Positions 1 to 9,146 of a stretch of DNA of 64,000 bases are shown one piece after another; within the stretch, counting starts at the first letter, position 1; every line of letters starts with the position of its first letter. Source of the DNA: Cenarchaeum sp. (lineage in GTDB: Archaea; Thermoproteota; Nitrososphaeria; Nitrososphaerales; Nitrosopumilaceae). The stretch is taken from NCBI GenBank assembly GCA_965206845.1, contig OZ242221.1, positions 768,001 through 832,000 on the forward strand. Direction: 5' to 3'. The notes beneath the pieces are model-generated. The model was not told the origin of the DNA, searched no databases, and saw nothing but the letters and a program-made list of their open reading frames with translations. A program made the translations under genes and the position numbers.

Positions 1-9
1 CCCCCCGAG

Positions 10-1074
10 TCACGGGTTGATGACTGCCCGGCCGTTGATCTTTCTTGATATGAGATCTTCCATGGCGGTGTTTGCGTCATCCAGTGAGTACCTTTTTGTG
101 ATCTTTGGGTTGATGACTCCCTGCCTGGCAAGGCCGATCAGCTCCACCATGTCGTCGTACCTTCCCGTGTACGCCCCCTGGATGGTAATTGATTTGAGCG
201 GTATGGTAACAAGGGAGATGCTCAGGGAACCGCCAAAGAGTCCCACCAGAACCATGTTCCCCCTCTTTCGCAGGACCTGCAGCCCCACCTTTACCGTGTT
301 TGGGGCGTTGACAAAGTCGATTACGCTGTCAGCCCCCTTGCCGTTGCACAGCGACATTATTCTGGATGCGGCATCGGCCGAGCCTGGCTGAACCTTCGAG
401 TTGACCGTATGGTCGGCGCCCATCTCCCTTGCAGTCTGCAGCTTCCTGTCATCCAGGTCAACACAGATTATCTTGGCATCGGTTATCGCCTTTGCGATCT
501 GTATCCCCATGAGGCCCAGCCCGCCGGCGCCGATGATCACAATAAACTCGGGTGAGTTGGCATTTGCCTTCTTAACTGCGGTAAACCCCGTCAACCCGGC
601 GCAGGCAAGGGAGGTTGCGCTGTCATGGTCAAGACCGGATATGTCAGCCAGGTACTTGTAGCTGGGCACCTTGACGCTCTCGGCGTAGCCACCGTCCTGA
701 AACAGTCCGATAGATCTTGGGGTCTCGCAGAGGTTCTCGCTGCCCTCCAGGCATGTTTTGCAGCTGCCGCAACCCAGCCACGGGTACACCAGCACCTGAT
801 CTCCCGGCTTGAATCCCTGCACGTCAGGGCCGATCTTAGAGACGGTGCCTGTTATCTCGTGCCCAGGAGTGACCGGGTACCGGACACCCCTGTCTGTAAC
901 CTTGAGAAATGTCCCGTCACCCAGATCGTAGCCGCCCTCCCACAGATGCAGATCACTGTGGCAGACTCCTGCGGCTGTAACCTTTACAACAACCTCCGGT
1001 CCCTGGACGCGCGGTGTCTCCAGATCGGTAACTTGAAGGGGCTTTTGCGGCTCGACGATTCTGGCTGCCTTCAC
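10..1074 (-). CDS. Zn-dependent alcohol dehydrogenase (MDR family)
   Basis: GVCHSDLH, GHE, structural Zn CxxCxxC(7)C and GAGGLG Rossmann motif. Confidence 0.9.
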   Translation of the reverse strand: MKAARIVEPQKPLQVTDLETPRVQGPEVVVKVTAAGVCHSDLHLWEGGYDLGDGTFLKVTDRGVRYPVTPGHEITGTVSKIGPDVQGFKPGDQVLVYPWLGCGSCKTCLEGSENLCETPRSIGLFQDGGYAESVKVPSYKYLADISGLDHDSATSLACAGLTGFTAVKKANANSPEFIVIIGAGGLGLMGIQIAKAITDAKIICVDLDDRKLQTAREMGADHTVNSKVQPGSADAASRIMSLCNGKGADSVIDFVNAPNTVKVGLQVLRKRGNMVLVGLFGGSLSISLVTIPLKSITIQGAYTGRYDDMVELIGLARQGVINPKITKRYSLDDANTAMEDLISRKINGRAVINP

Positions 1075-1168
1075 AGCGATTTTTTTCCGGCTGACAATAT
1101 AAGAGTTGACCGGGTAAGCAAGAAAAGTAGATCACACAGATATTATGTCAGTTCGCGGCACAGACGGT

Positions 1169-1828
1169 ATGAGCGAGGAGCCGCTGGGGATATCAAAGAA
1201 GCCTGTAAACATCCTGTTCAACCCATCTGTGATCTCAAAGAGGGACGTATGGGAGATCGACCTAATTCACATTCTGGATATCCTGATGGAGATCCTCAAA
1301 AAAACCGACAACAAGGATCTCCGGGTTGCGGGAATGGCGGCCCTGTCGTCATCCCTCATATACCGCATGAAGGTAGAGAGCATATTCGCGCTGCAAAAGT
1401 CTGCGATGGAGAGAAAGCCGGTGGTCAGAAGAGATGACATGAACATCGACATGGTGGATATTCCCTACAGGCACGAGTCAACCTACCCGGTGTCACTGGA
1501 GGATCTGATGGGGCTGCTTGAGAACCTGATCAGTTCCATTGCCAGTACTGGATCGCGCAGGAGAAAAACCGTACTCGAACCCAACGAGGTTCCCAACTTT
1601 CAGGAGTACTTTAACGCCCTTGAGAATGTCATAGAAAGGTACGAGAGCACGATAATGAAAAGGATCGCGCCCGCAGGCTCGGTGCTTCTTCAGGAGATTG
1701 TGTCGGATCTGGAGTTCATTGACGCCATCAGGTGCTTCTTTGCCGCCCTGTTCCTGGCAAAGGACGGGAAGGTAGATCTGGAGCAGATAGGCGATGACAT
1801 CAGGATCACGCTGCCTACCGGCGCATGA
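1169..1828 (+). CDS. scpA: Segregation and condensation protein A (kleisin ScpA)
   Basis: N-terminal DVWEIDL motif and C-terminal FFAALFLAKDGKVDLEQ winged helix; start placed at the second Met. Confidence 0.75.
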   Translation: MSEEPLGISKKPVNILFNPSVISKRDVWEIDLIHILDILMEILKKTDNKDLRVAGMAALSSSLIYRMKVESIFALQKSAMERKPVVRRDDMNIDMVDIPYRHESTYPVSLEDLMGLLENLISSIASTGSRRRKTVLEPNEVPNFQEYFNALENVIERYESTIMKRIAPAGSVLLQEIVSDLEFIDAIRCFFAALFLAKDGKVDLEQIGDDIRITLPTGA

Positions 1829-1893
1829 GGCCGGGCCCACTCATTTGAATGCAGGTTCCCTCGCCGGGTCAGCCATGGCAGGCGATGCCGCGC

Positions 1894-2598
1894 CTACTGG
1901 CGGAACTCCGGCCGCCACCGCCTGGACATCTTCTCATCCATATCGTCTGCCAGAGCATCCAGATCTGAGATGTCGCCCAGTTTTTGGAAGGTAAGCTTCT
2001 GAAGCGTCTGTATGACGCTCTTTGCGGCCCGGTATTGGGGCACGCCGGGATCGTTGAGCTCTCCGTACAGCCCGATTCCCCGAACGCCGCAGGCCATTGC
2101 GTACCCTAGAACCAGGCCGTTGAAGCCGGTGATCAGCGACCTCTGGGGCGAGAGATCAAAGCCGGACTTTTGCAGCTGTCCGGCAATCTCCTTGGAGGTT
2201 GAGGTGACAAACGTCCGCGGAGATCTCTGCAGCTCCCTGTCTGTGTGAAACCCGCCCACGGTGTAGATGAACTTGGCCGAATACTTTTTTGCCACATCGA
2301 CCACATCCTGGCACACGTCGTGCAGCTCCTGGATGCTCTGCGGCTGGCCCGCACTCCCGCCGAATATGATCAGGCTGTCGGTGCAGGTGTACCACCACTC
2401 CTCTTTTGCCATGCTTATGTAGCCGCCGTTGTCCACCACGTATCCCGGGAGGGATGATCTTGCAGATCTAAAACGCCTGCACTTCAGATGAGCGTTGACA
2501 AAGTCCACCACTATACTACCCACGTTGCCCATATCCTGCATTGCTGCTATGACTATGGGTTTTTGCAGATTCGGCTCCTTCTCCTGAATGAACTCCAC
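1894..2598 (-). CDS. PAC2-family proteasome assembly chaperone
   Basis: DMGNVG, YTVGGF, ITGFNGLVLG and AAKSVI motifs; likely GTG start at 2598, since the longer ORF runs into the transposon end. Confidence 0.8.
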   Translation of the reverse strand: MEFIQEKEPNLQKPIVIAAMQDMGNVGSIVVDFVNAHLKCRRFRSARSSLPGYVVDNGGYISMAKEEWWYTCTDSLIIFGGSAGQPQSIQELHDVCQDVVDVAKKYSAKFIYTVGGFHTDRELQRSPRTFVTSTSKEIAGQLQKSGFDLSPQRSLITGFNGLVLGYAMACGVRGIGLYGELNDPGVPQYRAAKSVIQTLQKLTFQKLGDISDLDALADDMDEKMSRRWRPEFRQ

Positions 2599-2634
2599 AT
2601 ATGGAATCCGGCATCTTTGGATTAATAGGTTAGC

Positions 2635-2667
2635 TTGAATCAGGGAATTATATACAAAAGTAAACGG
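2635..2667. repeat. Left TSD (TTGAATCA) plus 25-bp TIR of the tnpB element
   Basis: TIR is the exact reverse complement of 4640-4664; TSD is repeated at 4665-4672. Confidence 0.92.
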
Positions 2668-4664
2668 TACTTTTGTCTTTTTCTGGCGCTCCGGCGATCC
2701 CTCCCATGCTTGGCTCTTGCATGTCGTTTGCGAAACGCGCGGGAGCAATCCCGCGCTGGAATCTCGCGCCTTGGGACGACAATCCCTGCCGCCCTGCCGT
2801 CGCCATGACGGCAATGTTGTGCGCCGCGTTTACGTCGGCGTTGATGTCGTTCTTGCACCTGTCGTTCGTGCAGTGGAACTCCCCCTGCGATGTCCGGGAG
2901 TCCTTGTCCTTGTGCCCGCACCTGTGGCATGTTGTGCTGGTGCCGCCGGGATGGACGAACACGACCATCACGCCGGCGTTCGCGCATGCGCCCTCGATCC
3001 GCATTTGGAACGTCCTAGGACGCGAGTATGACATCTCCCTGTTGAGCCCCGTCTTGGCGGAGCTCCCATTGCCCTTGGCCCTAGCCGTCATGTTCTTGAC
3101 TTTCAAGTCCTCCATGGATACGGTTCCTGCGCCGTCCGCTATTCTCTTTGACGCGTGCCGCTCCCAGTTCGTCTGGCGGTTGGCGACCTTTTCACGCTTC
3201 CTTTGGATCTTCCTTTGCAGATCCCTGTAGCTGCGGGACTTGGGCCTGTCGCGCCTAGCCTCCCTGTTGATGCTGTCCTGCCCGCAGGTCTTGTCCTGTT
3301 TGCCGGACTTGCCGTTCTGCCTGATGCGCCTGTTGCCGCTACCTCCCCTCTTTCGTGAGAGCTCCGAGTGCATCTTGGATATTTTGTCGTTCTTGGCGCG
3401 CCTGCAGTCCTTTGGAATGTCATGAAATGTATGGCTGCCTGTGTCCAAGTCTACGGTTGTGGCTCCGTGGACGATGCCCATGTCGACTCCCCTGATGACC
3501 GCTGACTCTGATGGCTTTGGAGCCCTGGTTCTTGTCTGGATATGTAGGCGGTACGTCCTGTTGCAATCCTCGGTGCGCCTCGTGATCCTCTTGGTGGTCT
3601 CGACGAGCTGGAAGGATCGCATGTCAAGCCCCTCCACGTCGCCGTGGAGCCTTACCGTGCCGACACCAGGCAGCATGATTATGTTGTCGCCCTTGGGCAC
3701 GGGCTTCCCAAACACGCACAGAGCCTGCCTTTCACGCTTTCTCCTGAACAAATCATTGGCGTGGCTCCAGCGGTTCCTCTTGTTGCTCCACCTGTTCGAT
3801 GGCAGGTTTGCGCCGGAGCCGTCGTCATTTGCGCCATTGTCGGAGCCGTCCCCGTCCCGACGTATCAACTTGGCCGCCTTTTTCACCTCCATTTCCCTGT
3901 CCTTTATGGCCATGTTTTTCCACATGATTTTGTTGGAGCGCTTTGTCACGTTTGACTCCAAGAACTTCAGAACGGCCTCCCTTCCCTGGGCAAGCTCGGC
4001 CCTCTGCACCAGTACGGGGCCGTCAAGCCACCTGTTTCCACTTCTCCATTTTGTAAGCTTGTTATAAAGGTCAAATCTGGTTATTGCTGGATCCTTCAGC
4101 GTCTTCTCCACGGCCATGTTGTAGGCCCATCGCTGCTGGACAATGAGGCGCGATATGAGAACCGACAGCTCCCAGGACTGGTCAAAGTCAACCATTATGG
4201 TGCGGACCATCGTGCCGTTCCCTGCGGGATTTGGCCTCATTTCTGGCGCCGGCGCGGTTGCAGTTGCTGTTGCCACCATAGATGTGATTCGTAATTAGCA
4301 CGCAGGCATATTAGAGCACGATCTTTGGCATAATCATACGAAAGTTGCATGCTTTGGAGCACACATCTGTAAGATTATGGGCATCGAAGGCCCGATTCTT
4401 AATTGCGGATCATGTCTCATGATGATTGATTTCATTACCGCATGCAATATTCCACACCGCATAAAAGCGCCGCGACTATACCATGCGGACTATACAGACC
4501 ATGCGGATCATGCAGACAGCCCGTACCGTCACGGCAGCCAATGCCGCCGCGTTTGCCCATGCGGTCACGGCCGTCCAGAACGTTACGCAGGCATCGCGCA
4601 AAGGTAGCGCGTGGGAGAGAGCCGGAAAAGGCAGAAGACCCGTTTACTTTTGTATATAATTCCC
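2643..4664 (-). mobile_element. Non-autonomous TIR-bounded element carrying only tnpB
   Basis: Perfect 25-bp inverted repeats GGGAATTATATACAAAAGTAAACGG (2643-2667 / 4640-4664), imperfectly extended about 24 bp inward; direct repeat TTGAATCA at 2635-2642 and 4665-4672; no transposase ORF inside. Confidence 0.9.
2648..4279 (-). CDS. tnpB: TnpB-family RNA-guided endonuclease (543 aa)
   Basis: RuvC-I GVDMG, RuvC-II SMEDL, Zn finger TSTTCHRCG...CTNDRC, RuvC-III NADVNAAHNI, N-terminal RWAYN helix; the stop codon lies inside the left TIR. Confidence 0.9.
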   Translation of the reverse strand: MVATATATAPAPEMRPNPAGNGTMVRTIMVDFDQSWELSVLISRLIVQQRWAYNMAVEKTLKDPAITRFDLYNKLTKWRSGNRWLDGPVLVQRAELAQGREAVLKFLESNVTKRSNKIMWKNMAIKDREMEVKKAAKLIRRDGDGSDNGANDDGSGANLPSNRWSNKRNRWSHANDLFRRKRERQALCVFGKPVPKGDNIIMLPGVGTVRLHGDVEGLDMRSFQLVETTKRITRRTEDCNRTYRLHIQTRTRAPKPSESAVIRGVDMGIVHGATTVDLDTGSHTFHDIPKDCRRAKNDKISKMHSELSRKRGGSGNRRIRQNGKSGKQDKTCGQDSINREARRDRPKSRSYRDLQRKIQRKREKVANRQTNWERHASKRIADGAGTVSMEDLKVKNMTARAKGNGSSAKTGLNREMSYSRPRTFQMRIEGACANAGVMVVFVHPGGTSTTCHRCGHKDKDSRTSQGEFHCTNDRCKNDINADVNAAHNIAVMATAGRQGLSSQGARFQRGIAPARFANDMQEPSMGGIAGAPEKDKSTVYFCI

Positions 4665-4672
4665 TTGAATCA
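4640..4672. repeat. Right 25-bp TIR plus TSD (TTGAATCA) of the tnpB element
   Basis: CCGTTTACTTTTGTATATAATTCCC followed by TTGAATCA; the TSD contains the stop codon of the neighbouring ahbAB gene. Confidence 0.92.
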
Positions 4673-5680
4673 CGCGGGAATCTCGTCGAGCTCAAAGTTG
4701 TGTTCCACAAAATACTCAACCCGCGTCTTTTTAAACTCCCGGGAGCTGAACAGGATTCTGTACTCGTCTACGTCGATCTGCCCCTGTATGGTGCCTGCCA
4801 TCTCCCGGGCCTCATCCTCTGACTTGCAGTGGATCATGGAGAAGACGTTGTAGGGCCAGTCCGGGTACACGGGCCTCTGATAGCAGTGGCTGACCTGTGG
4901 GAAGGCCCCCAGCATGCGGCCGACCTCCTCAACCCTGCCTTCTGGCACCTTCCAGACGATCATGCCGTTGGCCGTAAAGCCTGCGTCCCGGTGACGTAGG
5001 ATTGCCGCAAACCTGCGCATGACTCCGATCTCCTCGTAGTGCCTCAGCCTCTCAAATATCATATCCTCGGTCATGCCGAGACTCTGCGCCGCAGGCAGGA
5101 ACGGCCGGTCAGATATCGGCAGATCCTTCTGCAGCTCCCTTACAAATGCCCGGTCTTCCTCGGTGGGCTTGAACTTTGCGTCCCGGATGTTCTTCTCCGG
5201 CTCGCTGGGGGCGACCGCATGCTTTTTCTCCTCGACCATCTCAAGCTTTACCCCGATCTTGAACAGCCGAATGGTTGGAAGCATCCGGATCTTGACAATG
5301 CCTGGAATTCTTTTAAACTTGTCAATCTCTGTCTTCAGATCCGAGCCCGGGGACACTGCCAGTGTAAACCACAGGTTAAACTCGTGATCCCGCTCGTAGT
5401 TATGGCTCACCCCGGGATGGCGGTTTACCACTGCCGCCACGCTCTCCAGCTCCTCTGGCACTATCTGCATTGCAACCAGCGAGCTCCTGTAGCCCAGCCT
5501 GCGCGTGTCAAAGATTGCGCTGAGCTGGCGCAGGACGCCGGACCTTTTCAGCTTCGTCAGCCTCTCCTTTACCGCATACGGCGTGATGCCAAACTTTTCT
5601 GCGATCACATCAAAGGGCCTGGCCGTCAGAGGAAACGTCCACTGAATTTCGTTGAGAATCTCCCTATCCAGACTGTCCAT
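4670..5680 (-). CDS. Siroheme decarboxylase, fused AhbA/AhbB (NirDL/GH-like, Lrp/AsnC fold)
   Basis: Two modules with HPGVSHNYER and VSHCYQRP..WPYNVFSMIH; start placed at MDSLDREIL. Confidence 0.85.
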   Translation of the reverse strand: MDSLDREILNEIQWTFPLTARPFDVIAEKFGITPYAVKERLTKLKRSGVLRQLSAIFDTRRLGYRSSLVAMQIVPEELESVAAVVNRHPGVSHNYERDHEFNLWFTLAVSPGSDLKTEIDKFKRIPGIVKIRMLPTIRLFKIGVKLEMVEEKKHAVAPSEPEKNIRDAKFKPTEEDRAFVRELQKDLPISDRPFLPAAQSLGMTEDMIFERLRHYEEIGVMRRFAAILRHRDAGFTANGMIVWKVPEGRVEEVGRMLGAFPQVSHCYQRPVYPDWPYNVFSMIHCKSEDEAREMAGTIQGQIDVDEYRILFSSREFKKTRVEYFVEHNFELDEIPA

Positions 5681-5928
5681 ACCGTGGCCAAACTCGGTGA
5701 CCGGCATTTCAATTAAAAATGTACCGTACAGGGACAGGCTGCATAGCTTGCGCCCACACAGACTGAGGCAGGGGATGCCTCCCGCCAAGAGCTGCCGTCC
5801 CGGCGCCCACGCCGTTTTGCCCAAGCCGCAAAACGCGCCTTCGTCGGATCCTGCGTGGAGGGCTGCGGCCAGGCCACGACGGCACAAGAGAACCCAGGAA
5901 TAAATACGAGTCATACGCCAACACAGCA

Positions 5929-6579
5929 GTGATTGTTGACCTTCATCTGAGGGACCGGTTCGTGCTCGTGGTGGGCGGGGGCGGACAGGCGCTCAAAAAG
6001 ACAAAGGATCTGCTGCAGGAGGGATGCTCGATTCTGGTCATAAGCAAGGATGTGGTACCTGAGATCGAGGATCTGGCAACAGAGGGCCACATCAGGCTGC
6101 AAAGAGCGGCTCTGGCAGGTGCAGGCGCGCTCAAGAAGCACAGGCCGTTTCTGGTAATCTCCGCCACCAGCAACACCAAGCTCAACCAGGAGATCACGGC
6201 GGCCGCGGGGGAGATGGGCATTCTGGCATTCTCATCAGACTGCCCACAGCAGAGCAGCTTTGCCAGCGTATCGACGATTGCGGCAGGCGGCCCGGTCAGG
6301 GTGGCGGTGTCCACCGGAGGAAGGAGTCCCATCATGGCAAGGAAGATCAGGGAGGAGATCGAGCCTGCGGTAAGGGACGCCGTAACAGAGGAGCGCCTGA
6401 ACCAGATCAGGGTGCAGGAGACGGCAAGGGAGATGGCAGGAGCCATTGGCACACAGAGGCAGAGGAGGAGGTTCCTGTACGCAGTAATGGATGATCCGGC
6501 CATTGATCGGTTAATAAAAGCCGGAGATCTCACAGAGGTTCGGGGGCGGATAAGGGATCTTCTGGAGAACTGGAGATGA
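5929..6579 (+). CDS. Precorrin-2 dehydrogenase / sirohydrochlorin ferrochelatase (SirC/Met8-like)
   Basis: VLVVGGG and VAVSTGGRSP motifs; directly upstream of hemA. Confidence 0.85.
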   Translation: MIVDLHLRDRFVLVVGGGGQALKKTKDLLQEGCSILVISKDVVPEIEDLATEGHIRLQRAALAGAGALKKHRPFLVISATSNTKLNQEITAAAGEMGILAFSSDCPQQSSFASVSTIAAGGPVRVAVSTGGRSPIMARKIREEIEPAVRDAVTEERLNQIRVQETAREMAGAIGTQRQRRRFLYAVMDDPAIDRLIKAGDLTEVRGRIRDLLENWR

Positions 6580-7829
6580 CGAACAGCATAATTAACGCAA
6601 AGGTAACCTTTCGCAGCTCACCCATCCATGTCTTGGAGAGGTTTACCTTCAAGGAGCCGGAGATCGCATTGAAGAAGTTCATCGAGCACTCTGAGCTGGA
6701 CGAATGCGTGATCGTGCAGACATGCAACAGGGTGGAGCTGTTTGCGTCCGCAGGCCGCTGTGACCAAGAGAGGATCAAGAGGACGTGGGCATCGCTGGCC
6801 GGGCTGGATGAGAGTTCCTTTCAAGACAACTTTGAGATAACAGAGAACGAGCAGGCCTACCGCCACCTTCTGCGGCTGACATCGGGTCTTGACTCGATGG
6901 TCGTGGGCGAGGAGCAGATCCTAGGCCAGATAAAGAGATCCATTGCAACCGCCAAGGGAGTGCACACGTCCGGAAGGCGCCTGAATACCATGTTTGACAA
7001 GGCCGTAAGAGCTGGCACTTGGATAAGAAGCACCACGGGCATCGGACAGGGGGGCATATCCGTAGGATCCATGGCAGTCAAGCTTGTCGAGGAGAACATA
7101 GACGATCTCAAATCAAAGAGAATCCTGCTCATTGGAACCGGAGAGGTCTCGACCCTCGCGGCCAAATCCCTGGCCCGGCGCGGCTATGCCTTTGACGTGG
7201 CCAGCAGGACGCTGTCTAGATCAAGGGCGTTCTGCGAGACCATGGGCGGCAAGCCCATAAGGTACCAAGACGTCTTAGAGCGGTTCAAGAACTATGATGC
7301 CGTATTTGTGGCAACCTCTGCGCCGTACTTTCTTGTAACCTTTGAGCACATCAGGCAGGCAATGAGAGCAAAACCGCAGGGCATAATGATTCTGGATCTC
7401 TCCAACCCGCGAACCGTAGACGAGAAGGTGGCCACGCTGGGCGGCGTCAAGCTTATGAACCTGGATCAGATCGCCGAGATGGTAGACAAAAATATGAGGA
7501 GCCGGCTAAACAAAGTCAAGATGGTGGAGGATATAATCACTCAGGAGACTGCAGCCATAGGGGCGTCCATGAGGCGCCTTGACGCAGAGCCCATAATCAA
7601 GAGCGTCTTTAGCAGCGCAGATGAACGCCGCAAGAAGGAGCTGAAGAAGGCGCTGCAGATGCTGGGGGAGCAGGATCAGTCAAGGATCAAGATCATAGAG
7701 GATCTGACAAAGGCGGTAGTCGAGGGGATCGTGTCAGCACCCATGAACAACCTGAGAAAGGCATCGGAGCGGGGAGACGAGGGCATATTGGATGCGGCAA
7801 GCAGCCTGTTTGGGTACCGTACGGATTAG
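6576..7829 (+). CDS. hemA: Glutamyl-tRNA reductase
   Basis: QTCNRVE, SGLDSMVVGEEQILGQ and DLSNPR motifs. Confidence 0.95.
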   Translation: MTNSIINAKVTFRSSPIHVLERFTFKEPEIALKKFIEHSELDECVIVQTCNRVELFASAGRCDQERIKRTWASLAGLDESSFQDNFEITENEQAYRHLLRLTSGLDSMVVGEEQILGQIKRSIATAKGVHTSGRRLNTMFDKAVRAGTWIRSTTGIGQGGISVGSMAVKLVEENIDDLKSKRILLIGTGEVSTLAAKSLARRGYAFDVASRTLSRSRAFCETMGGKPIRYQDVLERFKNYDAVFVATSAPYFLVTFEHIRQAMRAKPQGIMILDLSNPRTVDEKVATLGGVKLMNLDQIAEMVDKNMRSRLNKVKMVEDIITQETAAIGASMRRLDAEPIIKSVFSSADERRKKELKKALQMLGEQDQSRIKIIEDLTKAVVEGIVSAPMNNLRKASERGDEGILDAASSLFGYRTD

Positions 7830-7859
7830 GGTTATATTTGAACCAAGTGTGTATCAATT

Positions 7860-8849
7860 ATGTCATTTCCCAGTAGCCGCCTGAGAAGATTGAGATCCTC
7901 CGAGGGGATGAGGAGGCTGGCAAGGGAGTCGGTGCTGTCCCCTGATGATTTTATCTGTCCCATATTTGTGGACGAGAGAGTGGATTCCCGGGTCGAGGTG
8001 GACTCGATGCCCGGCGTGTACAGGGTTCCACTCAAGGAGGCAGGCGCCGAAGCCGGAGCGATACGCGATCTGGGCATTCCCGCCGTCATGCTGTTTGGCG
8101 TTCCTGCCAGAAAGGATGATGCCGGAAGCGGCGCATACGGCGATAACGGGATAGTCCAGCGCGCAATAGAAGAGATCCGCAGCAGTTGCGGCAGCATGGT
8201 GATCATGGCAGATGTTTGCCTGTGCCAGTATACGTCAACTGGGCACTGCGGCCTGATAAGGAACGGATCCGTGGACAACGACTCGAGCCTGGAGGTTCTG
8301 GCAGACATCGCCGTCAGTCAGGCAAGAGCCGGCGTGGATGTGGTGTCCCCATCGGCAATGATGGACGGCCAGGTGGCCGCAATCAGATCGGCCCTGAACG
8401 AGGCGGGTTTTTCTGAAGTGGGCATAATGTCGCACTCGGCAAAGCACAGATCCAACTTTTACTCCCCGTTTCGCGACGCAGCCGAGTGCGCCCCAAAGTT
8501 TGGCGACAGAAGAACCTACCAGGTTCCCTACACAAACGCCAGGGAGTCCATAAGGGAGATGGAGGCGGACATCGGCGAGGGCGTGGACATCATCATGATA
8601 AAGCCGGCCCTGGCATACCTGGATCTGATCGCAGAGGCAAGAAGGAGGTTCAGCCTGCCCGTATCGGCGTACAGCGTCTCCGGCGAGTATGCCCTTGTAA
8701 TGGCGGCTGCCCGGCAGGGATGGATCCCCAGAGACGAGACAGTTCACGAGATTCTGTCCTCCATAAAGCGGGCCGGTGCAGACATGATAGTAACATACTT
8801 TGCAAGGCAGGCGGCGGAGTTTCTAAATGAGACAGGACCAAAAGTTTGA
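7860..8849 (+). CDS. hemB: Porphobilinogen synthase
   Basis: DVCLCQYTSTGHCG, SAMMDG, MIKPA and AYSVSGEY motifs. Confidence 0.95.
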   Translation: MSFPSSRLRRLRSSEGMRRLARESVLSPDDFICPIFVDERVDSRVEVDSMPGVYRVPLKEAGAEAGAIRDLGIPAVMLFGVPARKDDAGSGAYGDNGIVQRAIEEIRSSCGSMVIMADVCLCQYTSTGHCGLIRNGSVDNDSSLEVLADIAVSQARAGVDVVSPSAMMDGQVAAIRSALNEAGFSEVGIMSHSAKHRSNFYSPFRDAAECAPKFGDRRTYQVPYTNARESIREMEADIGEGVDIIMIKPALAYLDLIAEARRRFSLPVSAYSVSGEYALVMAAARQGWIPRDETVHEILSSIKRAGADMIVTYFARQAAEFLNETGPKV

Positions 8850-9138
8850 GATCGAGCGGGCGTTTGACCTCATCCCCCATGTCATCGGGGCCAGCTGGAC
8901 GGTAATACAGTTCCGGTTTACCGGCGTGAAAAGGCCCACCCGGGAGCAGTACCGAAGGAGTGTCATCCGGTACGTGAGGCTGCTTGATCCGCTGTTTGAG
9001 GACTTTGCGGGGGATGAGGAACTCCGGGAGGTCCAGGAGTACATCAGAAGGAGGAAGAGGGCCGAGATCGAGAAGATCGCGGCGGGCAAAAATGCCGAGG
9101 TCGAGAAGCGCTACGACAGGTACGTGGATTATGGCTAG
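8827..9138 (+). CDS. Hypothetical protein
   Basis: Coding-like ORF overlapping the end of hemB. Confidence 0.6.
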   Translation: MRQDQKFEIERAFDLIPHVIGASWTVIQFRFTGVKRPTREQYRRSVIRYVRLLDPLFEDFAGDEELREVQEYIRRRKRAEIEKIAAGKNAEVEKRYDRYVDYG

Positions 9139-9146
9139 GAGACGCC

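Noticed and set aside
2599-2814. N-terminal extension of the PAC2 ORF
   Set aside because: It is read-through from the transposon end; family similarity begins at the GTG at 2598.
4474-4516. Short repeats GACTATAC and CCATGCGGA upstream of tnpB as a mini-CRISPR array
   Set aside because: Units are only 8-9 bp, irregular and lack spacers; more likely slippage duplications.
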